Shown: one piece after another, positions 16,892 to 27,813 of the stretch | How the letters are laid out: each line of letters begins with the position of its first letter | Numbering within the stretch: the stretch's first letter is position 1 | Source: Candidatus Hydrogenedentota bacterium | GTDB lineage: Bacteria > Hydrogenedentota > Hydrogenedentia > Hydrogenedentales > SLHB01 | Assembly (NCBI GenBank): GCA_020848835.1 | Contig: JADLHJ010000054.1 | Location: forward strand, 97,916 to 161,915 | DNA length: 64,000 nucleotides | Direction: 5' to 3' | Program-made: the position numbers and the translations under genes | The notes under the pieces: generated by a model | Told to the model about the DNA's origin: nothing | Seen by the model: the letters and a program-made list of their open reading frames with translations, nothing else | The model's database searches: none

Positions 16892-19800
16892 ATGCGAATA
16901 CGTAATGTAGTAGTAGGAACAATTCTTTTGGGACTCACCGCGGTTTCGCTCGGTGCGGTGCTCTGGTATTTCAAGGGCCGCGAGCTAGTAGCCTTCCGGC
17001 GGGCCGAACAGGCGTTCACGAACCAGGACTGGTCCGAAGCAAAGGCACAGTACGGGTGGTACCTAGCCCAGCAGCCGGATGATGTGGATGCCTTGGTGCG
17101 GTATGCCGAAACCTCCGCGAAGGTTCTATCAAACCGTACAATCAATGTGCGCGACGCTGCCCGAGCATACCGCAGGGTTGCCGTGCTCCGCCCAGAGGAC
17201 GAAGCGGCGGCGATTCGAGCGGCGACATTTTGCGAAGATCACGAATTGTGGCTGGATTTGCAGTCCTGCGGCCAACAGTTTTCCGAAAAGTTCCCGGGCA
17301 ACGCAGACTTCACGTTTTGGCGTGCGCTGGCAGAAGAGAAGCTGGGAAACGTCGATCTCGCGCTCACACAATACGAAGCGTTGCTTCAATCGCCCTCATA
17401 TCCGCTGAAGGCAATGTCAGCACTGGTGGCGTTGCTCACGCAGCGCGGACGTATGGAAGATGCCCAGGCACGGCTGGACGCTGCAATAGAGAGCAAACCC
17501 GACAGCGCCGTTCTGCGCGCATACCGGGGTGATCACTTCATTCAAAGAAATCAGCTTGTCGACGCCGAAAAGCAGATCGACGAAGCGCTGCGACTTGGAC
17601 GTGAACTACCGGAAGTCTTGCTGGCTGCAGGTCGGCTGCACATCGCGCGGCGCGACTGGAACAAAGCAAAGGAGTTCGCCGAGTCATATCTGAAATCGCG
17701 ACCCGATCTGGAAGCTTACCTCTTGTATTGTCAGGCCACAATTGGACGAGGCGCCGAGGGCGATGCGCAGGCGGCAAGTCTATTGAAGACGGCGGACCCG
17801 AAGTTCTTGGCGGACCATCCCCAATTGTACTTCATTCTGAGCGAAATCCAGTTTGGCCTGAATCAACTCGATGACGCCAGAGCGACCGCGGACGCCTATC
17901 GACTGGCCCATCCCGACCATGTCGCAGCGCTCGAATACTTTGACGCGCGTCTGTTGCACGCAGCCGGACAGGTCGACGAGGCGATTGTGAAACTCCGAAG
18001 AGTGGTGCAAGGTGCGCCCGACTTACGAGTAGCGGCACAGCGACTGGTAGCGATATGCTTGGAAACCCGAAGAGCTAGGGACCGCGAGTTAGCAAGGGAA
18101 ACCCTCGAGAGATATATGAGGGCAAACCCATCCGATGCGCAGGCGATTGCGCTTTGGAGAATGACGTTTGCCCAACCGACTCTCGAGGTAACGATTGAAA
18201 CAGCGAAATCCATCCACAGCGATGACGGTGTGCCCGCGGCGACAATGATTGACATCGCATCGAAACTACTGCGCGACGGAAAGGAGAATGCGCATAAGAC
18301 GGAAACCGTCGCCCTTGCGCAGGCACTGCTGGAGAAGGCCTATCAGGGCGATCCCGCGGTTCCCGATCTGCTTCTGGCGCGCGTTGAGTGCTACTTGGCA
18401 GGCGGGAACACAAGCCAGGCCGAGGAGGCCTTGGCGAATGTTCCCGAGAATGGAAATGCTGAGTCAGAATTGCGGCTCGCGCAAGCTCGGCTTGCTCTCG
18501 CCCAAGCGGACATGGACCGCGCGCAGGAGTTTGTGATGCAGGAGATGCAGCGCACGAATGCGACGGAAACCGATCGTATACGCTGGGCCCAGCTGTTCGC
18601 GGACAATGGCCAACTCGATATAGGTTTAACCATTCTGCGTGACGGTATTGGTCGCGAGAATTCTCCGGCGTCGGCTGCCGAAAGCGCTATCGAGCAGGTT
18701 GCGTTGGCGATACGGACGCGAAGCTATTCAAGAGCGCTCGAATTGATCGCTTCGTTGGCACCGCAATTCAGCGAGAATCCAGAAACCATCCAGCGACTCG
18801 TCATCCAACAATTGGCTGTGGCGGAAGCGCTTGCTTCGAGCGAAGACGACCGCGATCGGAAAGAGGCCGAAAGCATTGTTCTAGACGTTTGCCAACGACA
18901 CCCAGACAATACTCTTGCCAAGGCACTACACGCGCGTCTCAAGTTCGCTACAGATCCTCCCGACGTGGAAGGCGCCGAGGAACTCTGCGCGCAACTGCGC
19001 ACGAGTGGCGCGGCCGATTCGCGGGTTTACATGCTGTCTGCGGAAATTGCGGCAAGAAGTGGACAGGACGCTCTGGCGTATTCATTTGCGTCTAAAGCGG
19101 CCGAACTCGCCCCTTACGATAGCCACGCACTGTTCCTATCCGGCAAAGCGCAGCTTCAGCAAGGCCGATATGGAGAAGCCGCGGCAAGCTTGGCAAAGGC
19201 CTTGCGCATCGATCCTGCGACTATCGATATCTTGAGGCCGTTGGCTCGGGCATATGCTGGAGCGGGCCGATTTGCCGAATTTGACGCGACCTTGTCGAAA
19301 ATCGAAAGCGAGCAACCACTCTCCGCCTTGCAAGAAACGGAACTGCGCCTGTTGCGCAGTTGGGCGGCGATCTGCCGACGCGACTGGACCAACGCTGAAC
19401 AAATCAGTCGATCCGTAGTTGAACGAGACAACGCTAACACGGAGGCGTTGCGCTATCTTGTGATTGCGTTGGCGAGCACGGGCAAGATCGCAGACGCCGA
19501 AATATTGGTTTCAGAATCGGTCCCCGCATCAAGAGATGCGCAGGTATGGTGCGAGTTGGCCGTTCGGCACTTGGTTTCCGAGCGTCCGCCGAACATTCTC
19601 AAGGCAAGTACCGCGTTTACAAAGGCACTCGCAATCCGCCCCAATTATCCGCTTGCGCTGATTGGCTTGATCGAGATTGAGCAACAAACAGGGAATGCAG
19701 GACGTGCACTGGGCTTGTGCAATCGATTTATCGAAACTTCGCCGGATGATGTCGGTATTTTGCTAAAGAAGGCCCAAATTCTAGCAGGCTTGCCGGATCG

Positions 19801-20122
19801 CGAGGCCGAGTCCTTGCAGACCGTTAACGCAATCTTAACAAAGACTACCAATCCCGATGCAATGTACCTGCGCGGTACCTTGTTGTTGGCAAAGCAGCAG
19901 TACGGCGATGCACTGCGAGATTTTCAAAATTCGGCAAAGCTTACGGGAAATTCCTCGGCGCAACTACAGTTGCGGATGGCGGAGGCTTACTTTGGACTGA
20001 AAGAAACTAACGTCGCACGACTGTACGTGGAACAAGCTAAGCAGCAGGCAACAAATGGCGAACCGGTAGACCAACGTAGGCTTGCGGAATTGGCCGCGCA
20101 GCTGAACGGATCACCGCAATGA
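16892..20122 (+). CDS. large N-anchored TPR protein (PrsT-like)
   Basis: N-terminal TM followed by many helical TPR-like repeats; stop overlaps the exosortase start (ATGA). Confidence 0.85.
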   Translation: MRIRNVVVGTILLGLTAVSLGAVLWYFKGRELVAFRRAEQAFTNQDWSEAKAQYGWYLAQQPDDVDALVRYAETSAKVLSNRTINVRDAARAYRRVAVLRPEDEAAAIRAATFCEDHELWLDLQSCGQQFSEKFPGNADFTFWRALAEEKLGNVDLALTQYEALLQSPSYPLKAMSALVALLTQRGRMEDAQARLDAAIESKPDSAVLRAYRGDHFIQRNQLVDAEKQIDEALRLGRELPEVLLAAGRLHIARRDWNKAKEFAESYLKSRPDLEAYLLYCQATIGRGAEGDAQAASLLKTADPKFLADHPQLYFILSEIQFGLNQLDDARATADAYRLAHPDHVAALEYFDARLLHAAGQVDEAIVKLRRVVQGAPDLRVAAQRLVAICLETRRARDRELARETLERYMRANPSDAQAIALWRMTFAQPTLEVTIETAKSIHSDDGVPAATMIDIASKLLRDGKENAHKTETVALAQALLEKAYQGDPAVPDLLLARVECYLAGGNTSQAEEALANVPENGNAESELRLAQARLALAQADMDRAQEFVMQEMQRTNATETDRIRWAQLFADNGQLDIGLTILRDGIGRENSPASAAESAIEQVALAIRTRSYSRALELIASLAPQFSENPETIQRLVIQQLAVAEALASSEDDRDRKEAESIVLDVCQRHPDNTLAKALHARLKFATDPPDVEGAEELCAQLRTSGAADSRVYMLSAEIAARSGQDALAYSFASKAAELAPYDSHALFLSGKAQLQQGRYGEAAASLAKALRIDPATIDILRPLARAYAGAGRFAEFDATLSKIESEQPLSALQETELRLLRSWAAICRRDWTNAEQISRSVVERDNANTEALRYLVIALASTGKIADAEILVSESVPASRDAQVWCELAVRHLVSERPPNILKASTAFTKALAIRPNYPLALIGLIEIEQQTGNAGRALGLCNRFIETSPDDVGILLKKAQILAGLPDREAESLQTVNAILTKTTNPDAMYLRGTLLLAKQQYGDALRDFQNSAKLTGNSSAQLQLRMAEAYFGLKETNVARLYVEQAKQQATNGEPVDQRRLAELAAQLNGSPQ

Positions 20123-21036
20123 ACTCGTCGTCGGAACAAGCAAACAGCTTTCCAACTTTGGCTGACGATCGCTCGATGCCGAGTCGCCAGTCACTTTTAC
20201 TGTGCGCAGCGCTGGCCATCCTGCTCGGATTGATCTTCTGGGAAGCGATTCATGAAATGCTCTACAACTACGGCAAGAAAGACTCGTATTATTCGCACGG
20301 TTACATCGTTCCTTTCATCAGCCTGTATTTTGCATGGAAACAACGTGCGGAATTGCAGAACGCTGCTCGCAAACCAGCGACGTTGGGCTTGTGGATTATC
20401 GCCCTATCTTGTTTGATGGTAGTGCTAGGCGATTTTCTTGAGTTCTTCGTTATCCAGCAGTTCGCGTTGGTGTCGGCGATAGCGGGGATCGTGATGGCTA
20501 TCTGGGGCAAAGAGCATGCCCGAATTTTGTGGTTCCCGCTCGCATTTCTGCTCTTTATGATTCCAATGCCAGGGTCCATTACTCATGCGCTGGTGTTACA
20601 CGTAAAGATTCTGGCGATAGACTGCACAGTGTGGGTCGCGCGCTTGTTCTCCCTTCCAATGCTCCGCGATGGGTCTTACATAGCATTCGGAAACGACCGC
20701 CTGCTTGTCGGCGAAGTTTGTGGAGGTCTCCGATCGTTGATCGCCTTGCTCGCGTTGGGCTCTGTCATTGGATACATGAGTAAGGCGAGCAATTGGGCCC
20801 GCATTACTCTTTTTCTGGTATCGGCTCCGGTAGCGATCTTCGCGAATGTAGCGCGCATTTTCTTTCTTTGCATAGTCGGTTACATTTGGGGAAGTTCCGC
20901 AGCAACAGGAAAGGTGCACGACATCTCCGGTATCGCCATCTACGCGATAGCGGCTGTCGCCCTTTCTTGCGTCGAGTTTCTGTTCCGCGCGGCGGGCGGC
21001 CGTCAAGCAGCGGCCGAAACAGGTGATACGCAGTGA
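20119..21036 (+). CDS. xrt: exosortase (EpsH family), catalytic residues intact
   Basis: YYSHGYIVP, VGEVCGGLRSL (Cys), ANVARI (Arg), KVHDISG (His); about 8 TM. Confidence 0.93.
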   Translation: MNSSSEQANSFPTLADDRSMPSRQSLLLCAALAILLGLIFWEAIHEMLYNYGKKDSYYSHGYIVPFISLYFAWKQRAELQNAARKPATLGLWIIALSCLMVVLGDFLEFFVIQQFALVSAIAGIVMAIWGKEHARILWFPLAFLLFMIPMPGSITHALVLHVKILAIDCTVWVARLFSLPMLRDGSYIAFGNDRLLVGEVCGGLRSLIALLALGSVIGYMSKASNWARITLFLVSAPVAIFANVARIFFLCIVGYIWGSSAATGKVHDISGIAIYAIAAVALSCVEFLFRAAGGRQAAAETGDTQ

Positions 21037-21659
21037 AACCAGGCGCGAAAGTCTTGATTTTGCTGGCGCTTGGTGCCGCGGCCCATTTTGCGGTCGGAGC
21101 AGCACAGTCACGCCCAAGCACGAATGCGGCAATATCACCGCTCACTGACATACCGGCATCGGTCATGGGGTACCGTCAGACAGGTCCAGATATTCCGGTG
21201 GATCCTCACGTGTTCGAAATGTTGGACTTTCCGGACATACTAATGCGTGATTACACGTCGCAGAACGGTATTCCGGTGCAACTTACCGTGGTGCGGTCGG
21301 GTACGACCCGACGCAGCTTGCATTTTCCGGAGGTGTGCCTCACCGGCCAAGGATGGGAGGTCGAAAAACAGTATCGCTCTCCCGTGAGCGGCTCGTTCGT
21401 TGCAAATCGTCTGGAGATCTTTAAAGGTGAATACGAACAAGCGGTGTTGTACTGGTTCATGACCGGAGTTCGCCCCACGGACAGTTACGCGAAAAATTCT
21501 ATGTACTGGGCGAAGGAGCGCCTCCTGTTTCGTTCGCCGAGGACGATGATGGTGAAATTAAGCACGACGGTCGGCAGCGCAGGCGCCGAATCCGCGTTTG
21601 GATACCTTGAGGATTTTGCCCAAAACCTGACACCGATACTGCAGAAACGCTTCGAATAG
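21033..21659 (+). CDS. epsI: exosortase-associated EpsI protein
   Basis: N-terminal TM, LMRDY, SLHFPEVCLTGQGW, AVLYWF; coupled to xrt (GTGA overlap). Confidence 0.88.
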   Translation: MKPGAKVLILLALGAAAHFAVGAAQSRPSTNAAISPLTDIPASVMGYRQTGPDIPVDPHVFEMLDFPDILMRDYTSQNGIPVQLTVVRSGTTRRSLHFPEVCLTGQGWEVEKQYRSPVSGSFVANRLEIFKGEYEQAVLYWFMTGVRPTDSYAKNSMYWAKERLLFRSPRTMMVKLSTTVGSAGAESAFGYLEDFAQNLTPILQKRFE

Positions 21660-21668
21660 GAGTTTCTC

Positions 21669-24593
21669 ATGAGCACGCACGCCGGCACCAGAACACTTAT
21701 CACTTCCGCGCTAATCGTTTTCGCACTGTCCCTGCTACTAAACGCATGTGGTGGCGCAGGAAAGAGTCAAGAGTTAAAGGATGCAGACACCTATCTCAGT
21801 CTAGGCAAGACAAAGGAAGCGGCTGAGCTATATGCAAAAGCACGAGTTGCCGACCCATCTGACGCCACCGCGCTGGTCGGACTCGGGAAGTGCCTTGCCG
21901 TGGAAGGAAAGCTCGAGGAAGCGCTTAAGCAGTTTCAGCAGGTGATTAAAGAATCTCCAGCAACCGAGGAAGCATTCTGGCAAGCGTCAGACGTGCTCAC
22001 GTTGCTGGGCCGCGATAACGAAGCACTGGACCTGGCAAAGCAGTGTGTCTCGGTTAGCCCTGAGCCCGCCACACTGTTGCAAGGACAGGTTTTACTTCTG
22101 AGCGGTAAGCCGTCTGAAGCGGTCTCTGTCCTTGGAGCGGCCGCGGAACAACCCGGTAACTCGTCCGCGAGGCAAATCCTGATGGCGCTTGCGCAGTCTG
22201 CCCAAGGAGACCCTTCTGTGGCGGAGAAGAATCTGCGCGAGATGCTTCAGGACCAATCGGTTGCCACAGCCGCGCGCGCGGCTTTAATCGATATCAAATT
22301 TGGCGACGCGGTGGCGACTTCGCTGGTTGAGGAAACCGAGACCGTCGCCAAGGTACAGTCTGGCGATGATGACGCACAATCCACGCTGTCCCTCGCTTAT
22401 GCGGCTGCGGGCCAAATAGACAAGGCTGAGTCGTTGGCGCGAGAAATTACGATGCGGAGTCCCGGCTCAGGTTGGGCCAATTACGCGCTCGGACGCTGTA
22501 TGCTTGCAAAGGGAGACGCAAAGCAAGCTGTTGAGCCGCTCCGCAAGGCTGCGTTGATTTTGCCCCGCGAATACATCGTCCGGCGTGACTACACCGCAGC
22601 GCGTAAGGGGCAGACATCCGCGGGACAGGCAGTCGCGGCGCAAGCAACGGACAAAGCGCCGGATGGGCCAAAGTCTGATACCGCAAAAGAGCCGGAATGG
22701 CAATCGCTCTGGAAACGCGCATCACTGACGAGGCTGCTTCGTGATCGTGACCGATTCCTCCTGGAAGGTGGCGAGAACTTACGGGAGACGCTGGTGGCCG
22801 CTGCAGTGTTTCAAAACAACCTCGACCTCGCCGACCAACTTGCCGCCGAGTTACCAGACGACTCCCCTCTGAGGCTTTTTATTGCTGCACACCGCAAAGG
22901 CGACCCAGACGCAGTGATAGAAGCATTGAATCCATGGCTCAATCGGAAAGATGCGCTCGAGGTGATAGGACGAAATGCGCTTGCATTTTCGATGTCGGCC
23001 GCCGGCGTTCGTGCACGTGCTCTGCAGGTGTTATGGGCATGCAGAAGCAACTTTCCCGACGATGGGGTCAGCCTCCTAAATTCCGCGATGACCTTCCGGC
23101 AGGCGGGAATGCCAAAGTTTGCCGCGAAATCACTGGAGCAGCTGATCGCCCAATACCCGGATAGTTACGAAGCTTACATATTGCAGGGCATCGCGTTGCG
23201 GGAGTCGGGAGATCGCGACGAGGCGCTTCGCGCCGCCCAGGTGGCATCGGCAAGTTTTCCCGATGATTCGGAAATTGTCTTGAATCTTTCCCAGGCGTGC
23301 CTCGATGCGCGCCAACCTAAGGAAGCCGAAGATAACCTCACTCGAGCACTTGGCGCTAAGCCGGATGATCAAAAGCTCATTTCCGCACTCGCGCTCGTTC
23401 ACCTCCATACAGGAAAACCGCAGGATGCGCTGAGCCTCCTGGAAAAACTCCCCGCGACTGCAGAGGATCGTGAAGGGTCGGCCCTACTGCACGCGTTGGC
23501 GCTGGCAGCGACAGCGAATTGGAAATTGGCAGGGGAAAAAGCGCGTGCCCTGGAGACTGGCGGTGCGATGCCAATTGGATCGGTTCTGGCTGCGGCCTGT
23601 GCGCTCAAGACAAATGACCGGGACGCGGCCATCGCGTCGCTTGAGAGTATTTCCGATAAGAAGCACCCTGTTGTGAACTGGGCGACTACCGCGATGTTGC
23701 GGTCGCTCGGCAAACAGTCTGATGAGTCTTCTAATGAGGACTTCGACGCCCTGGTAAAGACCCTTGGCCAGAGCAACACCAGCCTCGCCGATTTCGCCTA
23801 CGGGACAGCATTTTCTTGGGCTGGCCTGCCGGATGAAGCGTTTGTCGCTTTTTCTCGCATCGAGAAAGATGCGCCCGAAACCACTAATGCCCTTTTACCG
23901 GTGCTTTTTGACAATCTTTCGAAATCGGTTCAAATCGCCGATCCTGTAGACCCGGTCAAAGAGGTTGTCAATCGACATCAGAACGCAAAGCAGGCCTGGC
24001 TCGGCGCGGCGCGCACCTATAAAGCGCGACGGCTCACGCAGGAGCAAGAGGTCTTTTTAAACAAAGCTGCCGAAGTCGCACCAAGCGATCCCGGTGTCTT
24101 TGTCGAACGGGGCATGTTCTACGAGAATACTCGAAAGCTCTACACCGCGATGGATGAATATCGAAAAGCGTTGGCGCTTGATGCTGCGAATCCCATCGCG
24201 CTCAACAATCTCGCGTATTGCATCATCTCCACCAAAGGCGACCCAAAAGAGGCCCGCGACCTCGCGCAAAAGGCGTTGACGACGCTTCGAAACGATACCA
24301 ACGTGATGCATACGCTTGGGGTGGCACTGCTGCGAATCGGCGAACTAGCCGAGAGCCAAAAACACTTGGAGAAGGCCCTCGAACGATCGCCGGGGGAACC
24401 CACAATCATGTTGGATTTTGGGCTCAATCTAATCGAGCAAGGTAAGGTGCAAGAGGGCCGGAGGCAGGTAGAAGCAGCGGTGCGCTTTTCCGAAATTTTC
24501 GGGCTTGAATTCCCGAGGCTGGCCGAAGCGGAGGATGTATTGGAAAAATATCCAGCGGAAAAACCGGCCGCACTAAACGAAAAGGCGGTGTGA
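21669..24593 (+). CDS. TPR-repeat lipoprotein (PrsT-like)
   Basis: Lipobox LLNA-C; TPR repeats including ALNNLAY and NVMHTLG. Confidence 0.87.
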   Translation: MSTHAGTRTLITSALIVFALSLLLNACGGAGKSQELKDADTYLSLGKTKEAAELYAKARVADPSDATALVGLGKCLAVEGKLEEALKQFQQVIKESPATEEAFWQASDVLTLLGRDNEALDLAKQCVSVSPEPATLLQGQVLLLSGKPSEAVSVLGAAAEQPGNSSARQILMALAQSAQGDPSVAEKNLREMLQDQSVATAARAALIDIKFGDAVATSLVEETETVAKVQSGDDDAQSTLSLAYAAAGQIDKAESLAREITMRSPGSGWANYALGRCMLAKGDAKQAVEPLRKAALILPREYIVRRDYTAARKGQTSAGQAVAAQATDKAPDGPKSDTAKEPEWQSLWKRASLTRLLRDRDRFLLEGGENLRETLVAAAVFQNNLDLADQLAAELPDDSPLRLFIAAHRKGDPDAVIEALNPWLNRKDALEVIGRNALAFSMSAAGVRARALQVLWACRSNFPDDGVSLLNSAMTFRQAGMPKFAAKSLEQLIAQYPDSYEAYILQGIALRESGDRDEALRAAQVASASFPDDSEIVLNLSQACLDARQPKEAEDNLTRALGAKPDDQKLISALALVHLHTGKPQDALSLLEKLPATAEDREGSALLHALALAATANWKLAGEKARALETGGAMPIGSVLAAACALKTNDRDAAIASLESISDKKHPVVNWATTAMLRSLGKQSDESSNEDFDALVKTLGQSNTSLADFAYGTAFSWAGLPDEAFVAFSRIEKDAPETTNALLPVLFDNLSKSVQIADPVDPVKEVVNRHQNAKQAWLGAARTYKARRLTQEQEVFLNKAAEVAPSDPGVFVERGMFYENTRKLYTAMDEYRKALALDAANPIALNNLAYCIISTKGDPKEARDLAQKALTTLRNDTNVMHTLGVALLRIGELAESQKHLEKALERSPGEPTIMLDFGLNLIEQGKVQEGRRQVEAAVRFSEIFGLEFPRLAEAEDVLEKYPAEKPAALNEKAV

Positions 24594-24596
24594 AAC

Positions 24597-24629
24597 CCAG
24601 AGTCCTTGCAAATAGTTTCAAGGACCTGG
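24597..24629 (+). terminator. hairpin after the TPR gene
   Basis: CCAG-A-GTCCTTG/CAAGGAC-CTGG; no U-tract. Confidence 0.3.
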
Positions 24630-25347
24630 CTAGGCGTCTGCTCAGCGCTCCATCGTTCCCGCGCGGATTGAAGATGACTGCGCGCGAGAAGAGTCTTCTT
24701 TGTGGGCAATTTACAGGGTATCCGTGTTCACCTTGCACCGGGTAAGGCGCCGTCGCACATTGTGCACTCAGGCAAGTCTGGAGCTATCCAATGGCTCCGT
24801 ACTAGCAGAGGTGGGGCCTCCGCGCGCGTAATACCGGCGGTTGGTGCTGGGGCGCATGATCGAGTTCGATGAAGTTTTCCGGCACTACGTTTGCCGCATA
24901 GTTCCAGCGGATCGCGGGCACCCAACGAACATAGCCATCATCTGTTTAGGCTTAACACCTCACTAATACACACGCGATATGTAAATTCCCAAAGTAGCAC
25001 GGATGATTTGCCTTTGGCCGGTGAAAGACGCGCAAATCAGCTTCGCATCTTTGACTCGGGGCATCCTTGACAGAATACCGCAAACCGTGCTACGTTGCTC
25101 CCGGGTTGCGGGCATTTTGGGGGGACCCAAGGTGCATTTCTTCTTTGATGATTTGACGTGTAACGGATGGGTGTCGTGCACCTATTCTGCGTCTTCTCGC
25201 CGTTCCAGTTTTATTCTTTCCTCCCCATCTTCCGACGAAGTCAACGGTTCCACCGGTCTGTCGCACTGCTGGACTTCGGTGATCAGCCATGTGTTAGGAA
25301 ACCAAACGAAATATGCCGGAGCAAGAAACTCGGGGTGAGGACAAGCA

Positions 25348-26013
25348 ATGGCCATTTACACACCGACGGGACTCAAGATCAGATTACCAGTTCCTTATGC
25401 ATTTGCTTTAATGTCACAGCTCGAACAACGTGTAACACCTTTCAGGCTACTCATGACTACTGAGGGCATCGAGTTGGTCCCTAATATGTTGCGCCTTGCT
25501 ACGGCACTGATGTGTTTCCACTTTCAGCAATCGTTTGCTGCAACCTTTCTTTGGTGTGTCTTGGCGACGATTGTGGGCATGCTGCTGAATGTGATTGGGG
25601 CACACCGGGTGCCAGGCCTAGTCCGGGCCAGCACGATCTATAGCTTCGTGAATGTGTGGGAAATTTGCACGGTTGCGGCCGTGCTACTCGGGTCAATTGT
25701 TGCTGGTTGGCAGGTCGCAGCAGCGTACTGCCTCAGTTGTGCTGCAGGCTGGGTTCTTGGCTTCCTCGAGGAGTACGTGGAAGAAGGCTTGCTGGCCGCC
25801 CACGTGCCACGAGTGATTGGAATTCCCTTGGTCGGAGCCGAAAGAAGCTTTATCAATGCATACCGGTATCACGCCACGCGTACTGGGCTCCGGAATCTTA
25901 TCCACGAGAATGACGCTTCAATCATCAACGAAGGCAATTGGAAGGATACGCTCGTGCGCTTTGATGCGTCGTGGCCACAGGTGGCAATGCAGTTCGACTT
26001 TGGAAACGACTAA
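25348..26013 (+). CDS. hypothetical membrane protein
   Basis: 221-aa ORF with 3-4 hydrophobic segments; no function recognised. Confidence 0.7.
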   Translation: MAIYTPTGLKIRLPVPYAFALMSQLEQRVTPFRLLMTTEGIELVPNMLRLATALMCFHFQQSFAATFLWCVLATIVGMLLNVIGAHRVPGLVRASTIYSFVNVWEICTVAAVLLGSIVAGWQVAAAYCLSCAAGWVLGFLEEYVEEGLLAAHVPRVIGIPLVGAERSFINAYRYHATRTGLRNLIHENDASIINEGNWKDTLVRFDASWPQVAMQFDFGND

Positions 26014-26183
26014 GAACAAGTTAAAGAATTGTTGTCAATACGCAGCAGTGGCTTATGAGATACCAGGGTGCTATGCGGAATATTCGGATCTGAAGTTTCA
26101 AGAAAAAGTCAATTCATGGGATATGTCAAGTAGGTGTACCCAGTGTACATAGTTATATATTAAATAATTTGACGTTTTTTAGC

Positions 26184-26212
26184 TTGACAGCACAGTATAT
26201 TGAAAGTAAAAT
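26184..26212 (+). promoter_or_regulatory. sigma-70 promoter of PEP-CTERM gene 5
   Basis: TTGACA-17-TAAAAT, 62 nt before the ATG. Confidence 0.75.
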
Positions 26213-26274
26213 GACTGTCGGTAGCGGTTCTTGGGGCAACAAAACTCGCGGGGAAAACAAAAAGGAGAGTGTGT

Positions 26275-27192
26275 ATGAAGAAACTGCTATCTTTTCGCAG
26301 CAGAGTAGGACCGAAATTGGCTTCGATGCTGGCGCTCACACTTGTGTGTGGGACCAGCGCCTTCGCGACGCCACTCGGCACCGACATCACGTATTACGAC
26401 AATGATCCCAATCCTGCCAATAGTAATGGGAATGCATGGTACGATGGGGATGCCGATACCCGTCCGGGCATACGTGAAGACCAAGAGACCGAACCCGGTA
26501 CCGTAACAACCCAGACTTGGGACCTTGAAGGCGTGTTTATCGGTGCCGGTGATATCCTCAGCATCGTAGGCCAATTCCCATTTGCAACGGGGATCGCAGG
26601 TGGTTCCGGCAGTGGTACCAATGGGATTTTCGACTCAGGGGATATCTTCCTCTCGGTCAACCCAAATCTGGCCGACGTCCAGAATCCGAATGGCGACGGC
26701 ACCGGTTATCAGTACGTAATCGATATCACGTCAACGAACACTGCTGACAGCGGGTTGGCGGCGACGTACACGATTTACAACGTTACGGGCCTGACGACGT
26801 CTACCGGGCTGATCGGCGTGACGGGTGGCCCGGACACCGGACCGAACCCGTATCGTTATGGTTCGGGTGGTACCGCCGTCGCAGGAGGCACCGGAGCCAT
26901 TCTTCTGACTAGCTATAATGGGAATGGTGGACCTGACGACCCGGACTTCCAGGGCACGACGCCGCACTATGTTCTAAGCGGTTTCGACCTGACAGTTCTC
27001 GGCCTCAGCAACTCCGACAATCTGTACGTCCATTACACGATGCAGTGTGGAAACGATCTATTGACCGGATATATGACCGGGTATAACCCTCCGCCACCAC
27101 CAGTTCCAGAACCGGCAACCATGCTCATCATGGGACTCGGTCTGGCGAGTGCAGCGCTTGGGAAGCGCAGTGTTAAACGGCTGATTTCGTAG
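26275..27192 (+). CDS. PEP-CTERM sorting domain protein 5
   Basis: AAGGAG RBS then ATG 26275; signal ..GTSAFA-TP; C-terminus PPPPPVPEPATMLIMGLGLASAALGKRSVKRLIS. Confidence 0.92.
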   Translation: MKKLLSFRSRVGPKLASMLALTLVCGTSAFATPLGTDITYYDNDPNPANSNGNAWYDGDADTRPGIREDQETEPGTVTTQTWDLEGVFIGAGDILSIVGQFPFATGIAGGSGSGTNGIFDSGDIFLSVNPNLADVQNPNGDGTGYQYVIDITSTNTADSGLAATYTIYNVTGLTTSTGLIGVTGGPDTGPNPYRYGSGGTAVAGGTGAILLTSYNGNGGPDDPDFQGTTPHYVLSGFDLTVLGLSNSDNLYVHYTMQCGNDLLTGYMTGYNPPPPPVPEPATMLIMGLGLASAALGKRSVKRLIS

Positions 27193-27218
27193 CAAAACCA
27201 GCCCTAGATATCTAGAGC

Positions 27219-27262
27219 GAGTGGGGATGAAGCTGGCTGGCTTCGTCCCCGCTCTTCATTTT
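27219..27262 (+). terminator. intrinsic terminator
   Basis: GAGTGGGGATGAAGC/GCTTCGTCCCCGCTC followed by TTCATTTT. Confidence 0.7.
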
Positions 27263-27647
27263 ATGCCACCCCACAAGACTGACACATGAAGGCTTGTCCC
27301 CCCCGCGATCTTCCTTGATCCGTCCCATGCGTTGCGTCCGGTTTAGCCAAACGGTACGATGCGCTGCTTTCTGACGAGGAATCGCACAAGATAGCTTTTG
27401 TTATGAAATTGGATTTCGTCCCTCGTAATCGCTCGATATGCTTCTTATCCAGCACGCCAATTCCCTTTGCGTAGTACAAACCTACACACGCGCAAATCTA
27501 GAATTTCTCTTATAAATTACAGACGCCGGCGCGTTTCTCTCTCCGTTGCGCGCATCCTTTGTGGAGTTAGTCCGTAAATATAGTTTTCATATAAAACACA
27601 GTATTTTGTAAAATATTTTCATCGAGAATTCGCCAAAAAATTAATTG

Positions 27648-27676
27648 TTGCGGTATTTGCGGACTTTATATACAAT
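27648..27676 (+). promoter_or_regulatory. putative sigma-70-like promoter
   Basis: TTGCGG-17-TACAAT at the end of an AT-rich tract. Confidence 0.4.
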
Positions 27677-27813
27677 TATTTCGCACGATTGGGCCTTTGG
27701 GGAAAAGCTGTATTTCTGATTTCCTCACAGGCTCGCTACATGAATGTCTTGTAGGGAGAGCGTTATTGGCAACCATCGCACGCTTTGGATGTACAGACGT
27801 AAGAGGAGAGGAC

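Noticed and set aside
24600-25340. Several short ORFs between the TPR gene and the membrane protein gene
   Set aside because: None has a recognisable family or a consistent frame; possibly decayed DNA, but this cannot be supported.
26216-26230. ops/JUMPstart (RfaH) element
   Set aside because: GTCGGTAGCGGT deviates from GGCGGTAGCGTG, has no JUMPstart context and precedes a monocistronic gene.
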